A DNA stretch of 64,000 nt from Eledone cirrhosa (lineage: Eukaryota): positions 1,984,001 through 2,048,000 of the forward strand of contig OZ024763.1 of assembly GCA_964016885.1 (NCBI GenBank), read 5' to 3'. Position 1 is the stretch's first letter, and every line of letters starts with the position of its first letter. The translations under genes were made by a program, and so were the position numbers. Shown here piece after piece: positions 41,047-54,164 of the stretch. A model generated the notes under the pieces. That model searched no databases and was not told the origin of the DNA. It was given only the letters and a program-made list of their open reading frames with translations.

Positions 41047-41232
41047 AAGCAGTAAGACCCTGACGGCTGAGCTCAAGCCGTTTCGACGGCTAATTCTGTC
41101 CAGAATTAGCCGTCGAAACGGCTTGAGCTCAGCCGTCGGGGTCTTACTGCTTCCTATTACCCACTCTACTACCCTAAGTATTGAGTACTTTGGTGCGTTA
41201 TGGTCCACCTGGTTCCTTACCACATTTCCTTC

Positions 41233-41235
<3 letters not shown>
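41042..41235 (+). mobile_element. HHR family H2 element folded back at the stem II loop
   Basis: Arms 41042-41098 and 41101-41157; GAAA at 41115, helix III ACGGC/GCCGT, GTC^ at 41135-41137; (TA)n on both sides. Confidence 0.85.
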
Positions 41236-41290
<55 letters not shown>

Positions 41291-41307
41291 TATGTATATA
41301 TGTGTGG

Positions 41308-41345
<38 letters not shown>

Positions 41346-41351
<6 letters not shown>

Positions 41352-41638
41352 AGATCAAAAGATGGTTAAAAGAGTTCCATGGATTTTATTATGCGCATTT
41401 CAAAAACAAATATCATGCAATAACATTTGCGTTTTTGTCAGATAAAATAGGAAGATATGACATGAAATGTTATTGCATGATGATATTTGTTTTTGAAATG
41501 CACATAATAAAATACATGGAACTCTTTTAACCATCTTTTGATCTTATATATTATTTATACTCCAGTCCTACAAACTGTAGAGTGCTTCTTATCCGATATC
41601 TGCATTGCTTTATTGTACTACAATAAAACTCACCACCT

Positions 41639-41640
<2 letters not shown>
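41346..41640. mobile_element. Palindromic H1-related element with an HHR on the minus strand (41383-41448)
   Basis: Arms 41346-41427 and 41465-41551; minus strand attttat CTGACAA [stem II] GAA AT gcgc AT A^ ataaaat. Confidence 0.75.
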
Positions 41641-41689
<49 letters not shown>

Positions 41690-42090
41690 AAAACAATGAA
41701 ATAAAAAATCAAGTCATTAGAGATATACTTCACTGCTTTACGATCGTTTCTAGATGGTGATAATACATTGTATCTATACTCAGTTATTGATCTATGTAAG
41801 TTTACAAACTATCAGATAGAGAGAATATTTACTTACATGCATATCACCAGCTGTTTTCAAAAGCTTAACCTACAACATTTTCAACATATGGATTACATTG
41901 AGTTCTTCATACAGAAAAGACCCCACAACTTACAGTGGATACCTCTGTGTATATATAATGCGATGAAATACCAATGATGGTTGGCAAATCACTGATGAGG
42001 GACTAATTTTATAATATGTAATCCATGTGCAACCATGCAGTATTCTTCTCCCCTTGTTTTTCACATATATATATATATATATATAAATAG

Positions 42091-42125
<35 letters not shown>

Positions 42126-42156
42126 TATATATGTGTATATATATATATATATATAT

Positions 42157-42350
42157 AACAAAGGAATTGTGGTAAGGAACCAGATGGACCGATAACGCAC
42201 CAGAGTACTCAATACTTAGGGTAGTAGAGTGGGAAATAGGAAAAAGTATGACCCCGACGGCAGAGCTCAAGCCGTTTGGACGGCTATTTCGAATCCAGAA
42301 ATAGCCGTCGAAACGGCTTGAGCTCTGCCGTCGGGGTCATACTTTTTCCT
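42157..42350 (-). mobile_element. HHR family H2 element folded back at stem II
   Basis: Palindrome 42238-42350 centred near 42294; the tail matches the reverse complement of 41157-41235. Confidence 0.85.
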
Positions 42351-42490
42351 GTATATATATAATGTAGAAGGTGAGTAATATTGTAGAACAATAAAACTAT
42401 GCATATATCAGATAAGTAGCACTCAACAGTTGGTAGAACTGGAGTATATATTAAAGAAGAAATTAAAATATGGTTAAAGAAGTTCCATAT

Positions 42491-42558
42491 ATTTTATTAT
42501 GCGCATTTCGAAAACAACATCATCCTGGGACAAAAATTGTGTTCTCATCAGATAAAAT
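42491..42558 (-). ncRNA. Type I hammerhead ribozyme motif (H1-related element, 42362-42560)
   Basis: Minus strand: attttat CTGATGA gaac..ttttc GAA AT gcgc AT A^ ataaaat. Confidence 0.8.
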
Positions 42559-42611
42559 AAGGTAACATGATATCAGGCCTGAAAACTCTTGTCAACAGGA
42601 AAATGCAAAGC

Positions 42612-42648
<37 letters not shown>

Positions 42649-43363
42649 CACACTCACACACGCTGACACACTCCCCCCACACTCTTCCCCACATAACACA
42701 CTCTCCCTCCAACACACACTCCCACCCTCTCTCTTCAACACCCCCTCCCTCTCTCTCTCCCCCTCTCCCCCACACTCCCCCTCTCTCTCTCCCACACACA
42801 TACTCCCCCCCCACACACACACACTCTCTCCCCCCACACATACTCCCCCCACATACTCCCCCACCCCCCCAAACTATCTCCCCCACATACTCCCCCCACC
42901 TCCCCCCAAACTCCCCCCACATACTCCCCCACACATACTCCCCCCATACTCTCTCTCCCCCACACATACTCCCCCACACATACCCCCCCACACACATACC
43001 CCCCCCACACACACATACTCCCCCCACCCCCACCCCACACCCTGCTGTAAGAAGTCTCCAATCAAAGACACAGAACACAACAACCTACTGGAAATATTCC
43101 AGATAATCTATCTTAAAGTAGATTTTGAATTCTTTAAAAGAAAAATTGATGGAAAACTAGTTTTTATTTTTTGCTGCCATAATTTCAATATTAACTTATA
43201 ATTTATTGATTCTTACAGGCAACACTACCACAATTGGAACATATATATATATATGTGTGTGTGTATTGAATATATATGTGTGTGTATTATATATATATTT
43301 CTGTGTGTGTGTATTATATATATACATATATGTCTGTGTGTGTATTGAATATATATGTGTGTG

Positions 43364-43407
<44 letters not shown>

Positions 43408-43440
43408 CACATATATATTCAATACACACACACAGACATG

Positions 43441-43478
<38 letters not shown>

Positions 43479-43582
43479 TCATCATTTTACGTGTATATAT
43501 ATATGTGTGTGTATATATACATGTGTATGTGTGAGTATATATACATATGTGTGCATGTATTATATATATGTGTATATACAGT

Positions 43583-43618
<36 letters not shown>

Positions 43619-43887
43619 CAGACAGACATGCATACAGACTCAACACACATATATATATATACACAGACATATATATATATATATGTATATATATGTGTGT
43701 TTATGTATATATACATATATATATATATAAATGTGTGTGTGTATGTATATATGTATACATATAAACATATACATATATATGTGTCTCTATATATGAATGT
43801 ATGTGTATGTATGCTTGTATGTGTTAAACAACCACATATATGTATATTTGTGTGAATGTATGTGTATGTATGTATGTATTATATATA

Positions 43888-43937
<50 letters not shown>

Positions 43938-44903
43938 CCCCCCTTTGTCTTCCTCTTCTTCCATTTTATTCTGCTTCAGTTATTTTTAATTTTAATTTTT
44001 TTCCATTTTTTTTTTATTGTATTCTACTCCAGATTTCGGTGTTTTTTTTTTTTAATTTATCGTTGTTTTGATTGATGGTGGTGGTGGGTAGAGGTGTTGT
44101 GGTTTTGGTGGTGGTCTGTTGTGGTTGTGGTGGTAGTTGTAGTGTTGTTGTTGGAGGTGGTGTTGTTTGTAGTGGTATTGGTAGTGGTGTTGGGGGTGTT
44201 GTGGTGTTGTGTTGTTGGTTTTGGTGATGTTGATGGTCTTTGTTGTGGTAGTGGTGTTGTTGATGGTCTTTGTTGTGGTAGTGGTGTTGTTGTTGTATAT
44301 ATAAATATATATATACATACACACAAACTATAAAATATATATTTATATAAGCACACAATATTCAAACCTTTATTGCAATATCCATATTTAGTGTACAACT
44401 GTCTATAATTGTCTTACTTAGGCCTTCACACAGCAGTATTTATCTCCCCTTTCCTGCCCTCTCCAGAAATAGAACCTAGGTGGAGGCTACAAAAGATATA
44501 AAGACAAGACTTCAATATATATTTCCTGACTGTGGTTCATCAATATTAACTTTCTATTGTTATTATTATTGATATCTTCAATATTGATATTTATATTTAG
44601 GTCTTGTCTGTTATGGATATATTGATCTTTTCATCTGTGTTATTTTGTCTCTCAATCTTGATTTTATTGGCAAGGTCAGTAGAGCAACTGACAGATTGTC
44701 TTGTCTGTTTGTTCCAACTTTCAATACTCTGGGCTCAAACCCTGTCAACAGTGCTGGGCTTACCTATAAGCTAAATAAGCGATAGTTTAGGGTTCATGCA
44801 CCCTCGAATGTGGGGACCTCAGTTTTTAAATATATTTTTATTTTATTGTCAGTTTTTATTCTTTAACACTGACTCATCAACATATATATATATATATATA
44901 TAT

Positions 44904-44940
<37 letters not shown>

Positions 44941-45104
44941 AGAAAAACCACAAACCCTCCATCTCAATTCTACTTTTGAAAAGCATAAGAACTGTGAAAC
45001 CGGTAAAGGAAACAAATAAATATTCTTAAAAAGACTCCAGTTGCATTTCCGATTTCTTTTCCTTAAAGATATAAGGTAGTTGTGTAGGAGACATGGTGAA
45101 AAGG

Positions 45105-45280
45105 CTCCCAGTCCACACTGTAAATGTGGTTGGTGTTAGGAAGGGCATCCAGCTGTAAAAAAACCTGCCAGAGACACTTTCGTGCGAGCGAGACATGGTC
45201 TCCCGACCATTCCCGCATCAAATGGAACAAAACCGTCTAACCCATGCTAGCGTGGAAGATGGACATTAAATGATGATGAT
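45105..45280 (+). mobile_element. RTE LINE 3' tail fragment
   Basis: ccacactgtaaatgtggttggtgttaggaagggcatccagctgta...(gat)n matches 14320-14607. Confidence 0.8.
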
Positions 45281-45879
45281 ATATATATATATATATATAT
45301 ATAAATATAAATTATCGAGAATCGCATTTCGACCCACAAAATAACGAAAAACAACCTCCGAGATGTGTGGCAAGTGCTCAATGATTCAGATGAACCAGAG
45401 CTATAACAAACGTTAAAGGCCAAACACACTGAGACGATGGTTAAACAATCATCCGCACAACCAAAAAAACGATCAAGTAATTCGGGTCAAACAAATAAAA
45501 AATATCTGTGATTGAAAATTTACCCGGACCCCTGGAAGGTTAGTAAAATCCAGCATTTGGGTTTTGCGACTCCTAAATCAATTACTGTCCGCTTACATAA
45601 ATAATGTTGGGCTTCTGGTAAGATGATTGAACAAGGAAGCCACTTTCTCAACAGGTTTTAGTTCAATATTAATACAAGGACTGACTATTACTGACCCCAC
45701 GTGGGGATCGGCAAGTATATATGTATACATAGATACACACATATATATGTATATATATATATAATTAAATAATATACATATATATATAATTATATATATA
45801 TTGTTATACTTTGGGAGGGTCATGCTGCCAATAAAAACACATGCATCAGTTGGTTATATATTATCAATAGCATCTAAGT

Positions 45880-46061
45880 ATAATTGTTTCTACTTTAGGC
45901 ACAAGGCCAGCAATTACCCAGTGCATTTCTGGTACTTTATTTTATCGACCCCCGTAAGGATGAAAGGCAAAGTCAACTTCGGCGGGATTTGAACTCAGAT
46001 CGTAAAGGGACGTAACTATGCTGGAAAGCATGGCGTCCGACCCTCTACCGATACTGCCAAT
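45880..46061 (-). mobile_element. SINE family B
   Basis: Near identical to 34174-34354. Confidence 0.85.
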
Positions 46062-46191
46062 GATCTTTTTTCAGCCTTACGTTTCAACCTCATTTACATA
46101 TTCATCCCTAAGGATTTGAAATTTTTCTTTCACTATCCAAACTGAACCTGAACCGATAAGGTCTTGTTTCTTGTTATAAAACAAATTTTGC

Positions 46192-46250
46192 ATTTTATCT
46201 GATGAGGACGTACCGAAATTTTGGTACCCTTGAAATATATATAATAAAAT
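46192..46250 (+). ncRNA. Type I hammerhead motif (family H1)
   Basis: attttat CTGATGA gg..gtacc gaaatttt ggtac..cctt GAA AT atat AT A^ ataaaat. Confidence 0.75.
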
Positions 46251-46397
46251 AAATATGGTTATATAAATATAGTTTCCATTGATATATATATATATATATA
46301 CTGCTATATATGACAACACATGATAATAGTAGTGGTGGTGGTGGTAGTGGTGGTAGAAGCAGTAGCAGTAGTGGTGGTAGTAGCAGTAGCAGTAGTG

Positions 46398-46429
<32 letters not shown>

Positions 46430-46693
46430 TGTAGCAGTATATACATATATACATATATATATATCATCATCATCGTTTAACGTCCATATTCCACGCCAGC
46501 ATGGGCTGGACGGGCCTGTAAAGTTTTAGATAATAATTATATATGCTCTGTAAATTGTTAAACTTGGAAGCTCCACAAGATTTACCAAAAGTGAAATAAT
46601 TCCAGCGTTGAGTAAAACACTTCTGTGGCCTCAGATTCTTGTTACGTAATAAAATTAATTGATTACTATCACGGAAACTGAATAATGTTATAA

Positions 46694-46757
<64 letters not shown>

Positions 46758-46888
46758 CCAAATAGCTTTTAAATCATTCTAAATTCCTTACACATGTTTC
46801 AAGAGAATTGTACATCAAATTATTTGAATAATGTTAAGTGAAAATTTATAAAATCAATATCTATGCATACAAAATGTATTACCTTAGC

Positions 46889-46970
<82 letters not shown>

Positions 46971-47075
46971 TACATATACACACACACATATATATATATA
47001 TATATACACATACACATACATATATACACACACACACATATATATATGTATATATACACAGACACATATATATAT

Positions 47076-47130
<55 letters not shown>

Positions 47131-47298
47131 CACATATATATACACACACACTCATATATATGTATACACACACACATATATATTAAAATAACAGATTACA
47201 GTCTTCACATTTATTATGTATATATATGCAAAAAGTCAACAGAAATAACGAAGCAATGACACAGTACAATGAAGAAACATATTTATTAGTTTTACATT

Positions 47299-47351
<53 letters not shown>

Positions 47352-47599
47352 TAGATATAGAGAGAGGTGATTATGAAAGGTAAAAACTGTTCATTACTTG
47401 GTAAAAATATATATCTTAATAGTTTTCATGAACAATGAAATCACTAGATTCAAATTATAAATAGCATTTTATTATTAGAATTTTTTTCGCCCAAGTGATA
47501 AACAATGTTTTATTACTTTTTGTGACAATTATACTTTATTAATATATTATTCTATGTACTACCAAAGACATACTTATATATGCACATGCATATACACAT

Positions 47600-48010
47600 G
47601 GACATAAAAACATAAATATCCATACTTATATACACACATACATATACACTCATAGATATACACACATGCATATATATCCATACTTATATACACACATACA
47701 TACACACCCAAGCATAAGCACATATACATACATGCTTATATACACACATACATACACATCCAAGCATAAGCACATATACATCCATGCTTATATACGCACA
47801 TACATACACATCCAAGCATAAGCACATATACATCCATGCTTATATACGCACATACATACACACACAAGCATAAGCACATATACATCCATGCTTATATACG
47901 CACATACATACACACCCAAGCATAAGCACATATACATCCATGCTTATATACGTACATACATACACACACAAGCATAAGCACATATACATCCATGCTTATA
48001 TACGCACATA
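47600..48010. repeat. ~52-bp minisatellite
   Basis: caagcataagcacatatacatccatgcttatatacgcacatacatacacac units. Confidence 0.85.
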
Positions 48011-48106
48011 CATATGTGCATATATATCCTATACTTATATACGCACACACACATATATAACCATACTTATACATATACATAGAAAAATAAACACATATAT
48101 ATACAT

Positions 48107-48447
48107 GGCGGCACATGGCTTAGTGGTTAGAGCATTGGGCTTGCAATCGAAAGGTTGTGAGTTCAATTCTCAGACCGGGTGATGTGTTGTTTCCTTGAGC
48201 AAGACACTTTATTTCACATTGCTCCAGTTTACTCAGCTGTAGAAATGAGATGATAGGGACTGGGGTCCCTATCATTCCACTGCAAAGTGGTCGTGGAGGT
48301 GCCACGACAAAAAAACACCCAGCACTCACTGTAAATGAGGTTGGTGTTAGGAAGGGCATCCAGCTGTAGAAATCAAGCCAGCATCAGTTCCCGTCCCCAC
48401 CCTTGCAAGCAGGGAAAAGCGGACGTAAAATGATGATGATGATGATG
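48107..48447 (+). mobile_element. Full-length SINE family A (tRNA head, CORE-like centre, RTE-derived tail)
   Basis: A box tggcttagtgg, B box gagttcaattc, ccttgagcaagacacttta, tail ggttggtgttaggaagggcatccagctgtagaaa, (gat)n. Confidence 0.9.
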
Positions 48448-48539
48448 ATACACACACACACACACACATATATTTCTATACCTATATATACACACATACA
48501 TATCCATACTTATATATACAGATATATATACACACAAAC

Positions 48540-48580
<41 letters not shown>

Positions 48581-48724
48581 TGTATTGTAAGTTTACTAAT
48601 GTCTTTAAAAAAAAAACCTATCTTTTATACAAAATATGTTTATTTAAATTATAAATTATTATTATTTCTTTATTATGATTTAGCTGGTGGAGGTGGGCAT
48701 GGCTGGAAGTGACAGCACATGATA

Positions 48725-49482
48725 ATAGTAGTGGTGGTAGTAGCAGTAGTGGTGGTAGTAGTAGTAGTGGTGGTGGTAGTTGTTGTAGCAGTAGTGGTGG
48801 TAGTAGTAGTGGTGGTAGTAGTAGTTGTTGTAGCAGTAGTGGTGGCAGCAGCAGCAGTGGTGGTGGTGGTAGTAGTAGTAGTTGTAGCAGTAGTGGTGGT
48901 GGTAGTAGTAGTAGTAGTGGTGGTGGTAGCAGCAGTGGTGGTGGTGGTGTAGTAGTAGTTGTAGCAGTAGTAGTAGTAGTAGTTGTAGCAGTAGTAACAG
49001 TAGTGGTGGTGGTAGTAGTAGTAGTTGTAGTAGTAGCAGCAGTGGTGGTGGTAGTAGTAGTGGTGGTGGTAGCAGCAGTGGTGGTGGTGGTGTAGTAGTA
49101 GTTGTAGCAGTAGTAACAGTAGTGGTGGTGGTGGTAGTAGTAGTAGTTGTAGCAGTAGTAACAGTAGTGGTGGTGGTAGTAGTAGTTGTAGCAGTAGTGG
49201 TGGTAGCAGCAGCAGTAGTGGTGGTGGTAGTAGTTGTAGTTGTAGTAGTAGCAGTAGTAGTGGTGGTGGTAGCAGCAGTAGTGGTGGTGGTAGTAGTTGT
49301 AACAGTAGTGGTGGTAGCAGCAGCAATAGTGGTGGTGGTAGTAGTTGTAGTTGTAGTAGTAGCAGCAGCAGTAGTGGTGGTGGTAGTAGTTGTAGTTGTA
49401 GTAGTAGCAGCAGCAGTAGTGGTGGTGGTAGTAGTTGTAGTTGTAGTAGTAGCAGCAGCAGTAGTGGTGGTGGTAGTAGTAG
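48725..49482. repeat. (GTA/GTG/GCA)n microsatellite
   Basis: Read directly. Confidence 0.95.
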
Positions 49483-49544
49483 TGATAGAACCTTTATAAA
49501 AAGAAACTTTCATCTAATCCATCTGTTAGCAACCTTCTATACAC

Positions 49545-50424
49545 CTCTCTCTCTTTCTCTCTCTTTCTCTCTCTATTTCTTTCTCTCTCTCTTTCTCTCT
49601 CTCTGTCTCTCTCTCTACCTATTTCTTTCTCTCTCTGTCTCTCTCTCTCTCTACCTAGTTCTTTCTCTCTCTGTCTCTCTCTCTCTCTACCTAGTTCTTT
49701 CTCTCTCTGTCTCTCTCTCTACCTATTTCTTTCTCTCTCTGTCTCTCTCTACCTATTTCTTTCTCTCTGTCTCTCTCTCTACCTATTTCTTTCTCTCTGT
49801 CTCTCTCTCTACCTATTTCTTTCTCTCTGTCTCTCTCTCTACCTATTTCTTTCTCTCTCTGTCTCTCTCTCTACCTAGTTCTTTCTCTCTCTGTCTCTCT
49901 CTCTACCTAGTTCTTTCTCTCTCTGTCTCTCTCTCTACCTAGTTCTTTCTCTCTCTGTCTCTCTCTCTACCTATTTCTTTCTCTCTCTGTCTCTCTCTAC
50001 CTATTTCTTTCTCTCTGTCTCTCTCTCTACCTAGTTCTTTCTCTCTCTGTCTCTCTCTCTACCTAGTTCTTTCTCTCTCTGTCTCTCTCTCTACCTATTT
50101 CTTTCTCTCTGTCTCTCTCTCTACCTATTTCTTTCTCTCTCTGTCTCTCTCTCTACCTATTTCTTTCTCTCTGTCTCCCTCTCTACCTATTTCTTTCTCT
50201 CTCTGTCTCTCTCTCTACCTAGTTCTTTCTCTCTCTGTCTCTCTCTCTACCTAGTTCTTTCTCTCTCTGTCTCTCTCTCTACCTATTTCTTTCTCTCTCT
50301 GTCTCTCTCTACCTATTTCTTTCTCTCTGTCTCTCTCTACCTATTTCTTTCTCTCTCTGTCTCTCTCTCTACCTATTTCTTTCTCTCTCTCTACATATTA
50401 CTTTCTCCCTCTCTTTCTCTCTCC

Positions 50425-50462
<38 letters not shown>

Positions 50463-50490
50463 CTCGCTCTCTCTCTCCCCCTCTCTCTCT
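49545..50490. repeat. CT-rich ~32-bp minisatellite
   Basis: ctacctatttctttctctctctgtctctctct units. Confidence 0.95.
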
Positions 50491-50629
50491 TCAACTAAAA
50501 CATGTTACAAGAAAATTAAAACTCATTTGTGTAACACTGAACAACAAAACTATGTAAAACGGTCGGATTATGTCTTGGAATGGTAAAAAAAAATAACAAC
50601 AACAACAACAACAACAGTAATAATAATAA

Positions 50630-50851
50630 TAATTGATTCTACCTTTGGCACAAGGCCAGCAATTTTGTGGGAATGGGAAAGTCCATTAAATCGACCCCAG
50701 TACATTACTGGTTCTTTATTTTATCAAACCCTGTACGGATGAAAGGCAAAGTTAACCTCGGCGGAATTTGAACTCAGACCATAAAGGGCCATAACTCTAT
50801 GCTGCAAAGCCTGGTTTCTGACTCTCTACCGATACTGGCAATCCACCGCCC
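50630..50851 (-). mobile_element. Full-length SINE family B with (aat)n tail
   Basis: Same family; (CCCTAA)3 abuts its 5' end. Confidence 0.85.
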
Positions 50852-50917
50852 TAACCCTAACCCTAACCCTACTACTATTACTAGTAGTGTAGTAGTGGCG
50901 CCCACACACATTATTAG

Positions 50918-51324
50918 CTATTTGAAAAGATGGATTTCGCAACTAACTGCACCAGGGTTCCTGTTCCTCAGGGAACCACACTATATGGTATACCTGTTGA
51001 TATAGGTCCAGCCCCTGCTTTCCCGGGTCCTGTTTCTGATCATAATGATCTCTAGGGATACGGGAATCAGTAGACAGGACCTGGGGGGCAGCGATGGGGG
51101 ACAGGGAATTCTGGGGCATGAGAGTGAGATCCATCATCTCAACAGTAGTCGAAGAATGATGATGATGATGATGACGATTACTACTATTAATAATAATAAT
51201 AATAATAATCATCCAGATGGAACCTATAATATGGCCCCGCCACGCTTTTTGGAACGCTTCAAAAGGCATGCTTGCTGGGAACAGCAAGAACCCTCCGATA
51301 CGTCCTGAATATCTGAGGCTGCAG
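50918..51324 (+). other. GC-richer unique island, possible exon, frame unresolved
   Basis: Protein-like reads in several frames (MDFATNCTRVPVPQGTTLYGIPVDIGPAPAFPGPVSDHNDL*; ..MAPPRFLERFKRHACWEQQEPSDTS*), possible donor CAG|gtagtg at 51325. Confidence 0.3.
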
Positions 51325-52227
51325 GTAGTGGCTTGATATTCATTTCAACAAACTTTCCAGTTAACTAACATCAATGACTGAGACTCAAAGAATAAGGCAA
51401 TAATAAGACAAAGAAATTATATATACAAATAAAAAAATTATAAAAATAAAAATAATAATAATAATAACAATAATAATAATAATAATAATATATTCATGGA
51501 ATGGATGCAAAACAGAATTAATCTTCTTTGTTTGCTAAATGGAGTCGAAGAAAATACCATTTTCCTCATATTCAATGGAGCTTGTTCAACTTATATTTTC
51601 TTTTATAGAATTTACTGGAAAATTGTCTGATTTATTTCGAGTTTTCGTTTATGTTTTTTTTTTTACTTTATTTTACTTTATTTTACTTTATTTTATTTCA
51701 TTTTTCACTTTTATTTCAAATTCATTTCGATTTCGTTTTGTCGTTTTGCTTTTGGAAAGATTTTAAACTTTGTAAAATTTATATATTTTCTAGATTTTAC
51801 AGTTTTGTTTGTTTTTTCTTTGTTTTGTTGTTGTTTTACAGTTTTGTTGTTGTTTTTGGGGGGTTTAAACATTTTTTTTTTATTGTAACTTCATTTCTCA
51901 AAGCTAGTCGTACGTAGAGTCAACTAAAATGTATGTATATGTAAGTGTATGTATGTATGTATGTATGTATGTATGTGAGTGTAAGTGTATGAGTATGTAT
52001 GTATATATACATATATGTCTATGTGTGTGTGTATGTGTGTTTATATATATATGTACATATGTATATATATATATATATACATACATATATATATGTCTAA
52101 ATGTGTGTATGTATATATATGTACATATGTACATATATATATGTATGTGTTTGTCTGTCTGTGTGTGTGTGTATGTATATATATGTACATATGTACATAT
52201 ATATATATGTATGTGTTTGTCTGTCTC

Positions 52228-52258
<31 letters not shown>

Positions 52259-52548
52259 GTACATATGTACATATATATATGTATGTCTGTATATGTCTGT
52301 GAGTATGTATGTGTGTACTACATAACATGGAAATTGAGTAGTAGAAAAGACTAAATTTAATGCTCTTTACATGTGAAAACTAGAAAAAATATTATAAAAT
52401 CTAAAGCTTAGAGTTTTGTATTAGCTTAGTGGTTAAAATGTTTGTCAATGAGACTTGACAATTACTTGTTGGATTCCACATGTTGATTGTGGCTCTAAAA
52501 TGTCTCAATCTAATCAAGGCCCTTCTCACATTTTCTGGAGGAAACCTT

Positions 52549-53910
52549 GCCTGGTTGACCTCCAATCCAGGGTCTTCTCTCCTGTTGGAGGAACCCCTCC
52601 CTGGTTGACCTCAAATACAGGGTCTTCTATCCTGTTGGAGGAACCCCTCCCTGGTTGACCTCCAATACAGTGTCTTCTCTCTCCTGTTGGAGGAACCCCT
52701 CCCTGGTTGACCTCCAATACAGTGTCTTCTCTCTCCTGTTGGAGGAACCCCTCCCTGGATGACCTCCAATACAGTATCTTCTCTCTCCTGTTGGAGGAAC
52801 CCCTCCCTGGTTGACCTCCAATACAGTGTCTTCTCTCTCCTGTTGGAGGAACCCCTCCCTGGTTGACCTCCAATACAGTGTCTTCTCTCTCCTGTTGGAG
52901 GAACCCCTCCCTGGATGACCTCCAATACAGTGTCTTCTCTCTCCTGTTGGAGGAACCCCTCCCTGGTTGACCTCCAATACAGTGTCTTCTCTCTCCTGTT
53001 GGAGGAACCCCTCCCTGGTTGACCTCCAATACAGTGTCTTCTCTCTCCTGTTGGAGGAACCCCTCCCTGGTTGACCTCCAATACAGTGTCTTCTCTCTCC
53101 TGTTGGAGGAACCCCTCCCTGGATGACCTCCAATACAGTGTCTTCTCTCTCCTGTTGGAGGAACCCCTCCCTGGTTGACCTCCAATACAGTGTCTTCTCT
53201 CTCCTGTTGGAGGAACCCCTCCCTGGTTGACCTCCAATACAGTGTCTTCTCTCTCCTGTTGGAGGAACCCCTCCCTGGATGACCTCCAATACAGTGTCTT
53301 CTCTCTCCTGTTGAAGGAACCCCTCCCTGGTTGACCTCCAATACAGTGTCTTCTCTCTCCTGTTGGAGGAACCCCTCCCTGGTTGACCTCCAATACAGTG
53401 TCTTCTCTCTCCTGTTGGAGGAACCCCTCCCTGGATGACCTCCAATACAGTGTCTTCTCTCTCCTGTTGAAGGAACCCCTCCCTGGTTGACCTCCAATAC
53501 AGTGTCTTCTCTCTCCTGTTGGAGGAACCCCTCCCTGGTTGACCTCCAATACAGTGTCTTCTCTCTCCTGTTGGAGGAACCCCTCCCTGGATGACCTCCA
53601 ATACAGTGTCTTCTCTCTCCTGTTGAAGGAACCCCTCCCTGGTTGACCTCCAATACAGTGTCTTCTCTCTCCTGTTGGAGGAACCCCTCCCTGGTTGACC
53701 TCCAATACAGTGTCTTCTCTCTCCTGTTGGAGGAACCCCTCCCTGGATGACCTCCAATACAGTGTCTTCTCTCTCCTGTTGGAGGAACCCCTCCCTGGTT
53801 GACCTCCAATCCAGGGTCTTCTCTCTCCTGTTGGAGGAACCCCTCCCTGGATGACCTCCAATACAGTGTCTTCTCTCTCCTGTTGGAGAAACCCCTCCCT
53901 GGTTGACTTC
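52549..53910. repeat. 52-bp minisatellite, about 26 copies
   Basis: ctggttgacctccaatacagtgtcttctctctcctgttggaggaacccctcc at 52651, 52703 and so on. Confidence 0.97.
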
Positions 53911-54164
53911 CACCACTTTCTGTCATGTCATGGGAGTAACTGTACTCACAATGCTTGACCAATTGTGGGTTGGTGAGGCTGTTTAACTTCTGCCATTGCT
54001 ACAGGATAGTTATACATGGCCAGCAGCATATCCCAATGATTGTATAACTGCACCTATGATTGCATAAGCATCTGAAGAAGTCACATGCATAACCATCATC
54101 ATCATCATTTAACGTCCATCTTCCACACTAGCATGATCAAGTGTTGACCATGAAAATATAACAG

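Noticed and set aside
48107-48180. tRNA gene
   Set aside because: A and B boxes are present but run straight into a SINE body and tail repeated elsewhere in the window.
52526-53962. ORFs of 416-478 aa on the minus strand
   Set aside because: The 52-bp unit is open in all three frames and has no recognisable domain; a tandem-repeat artefact.
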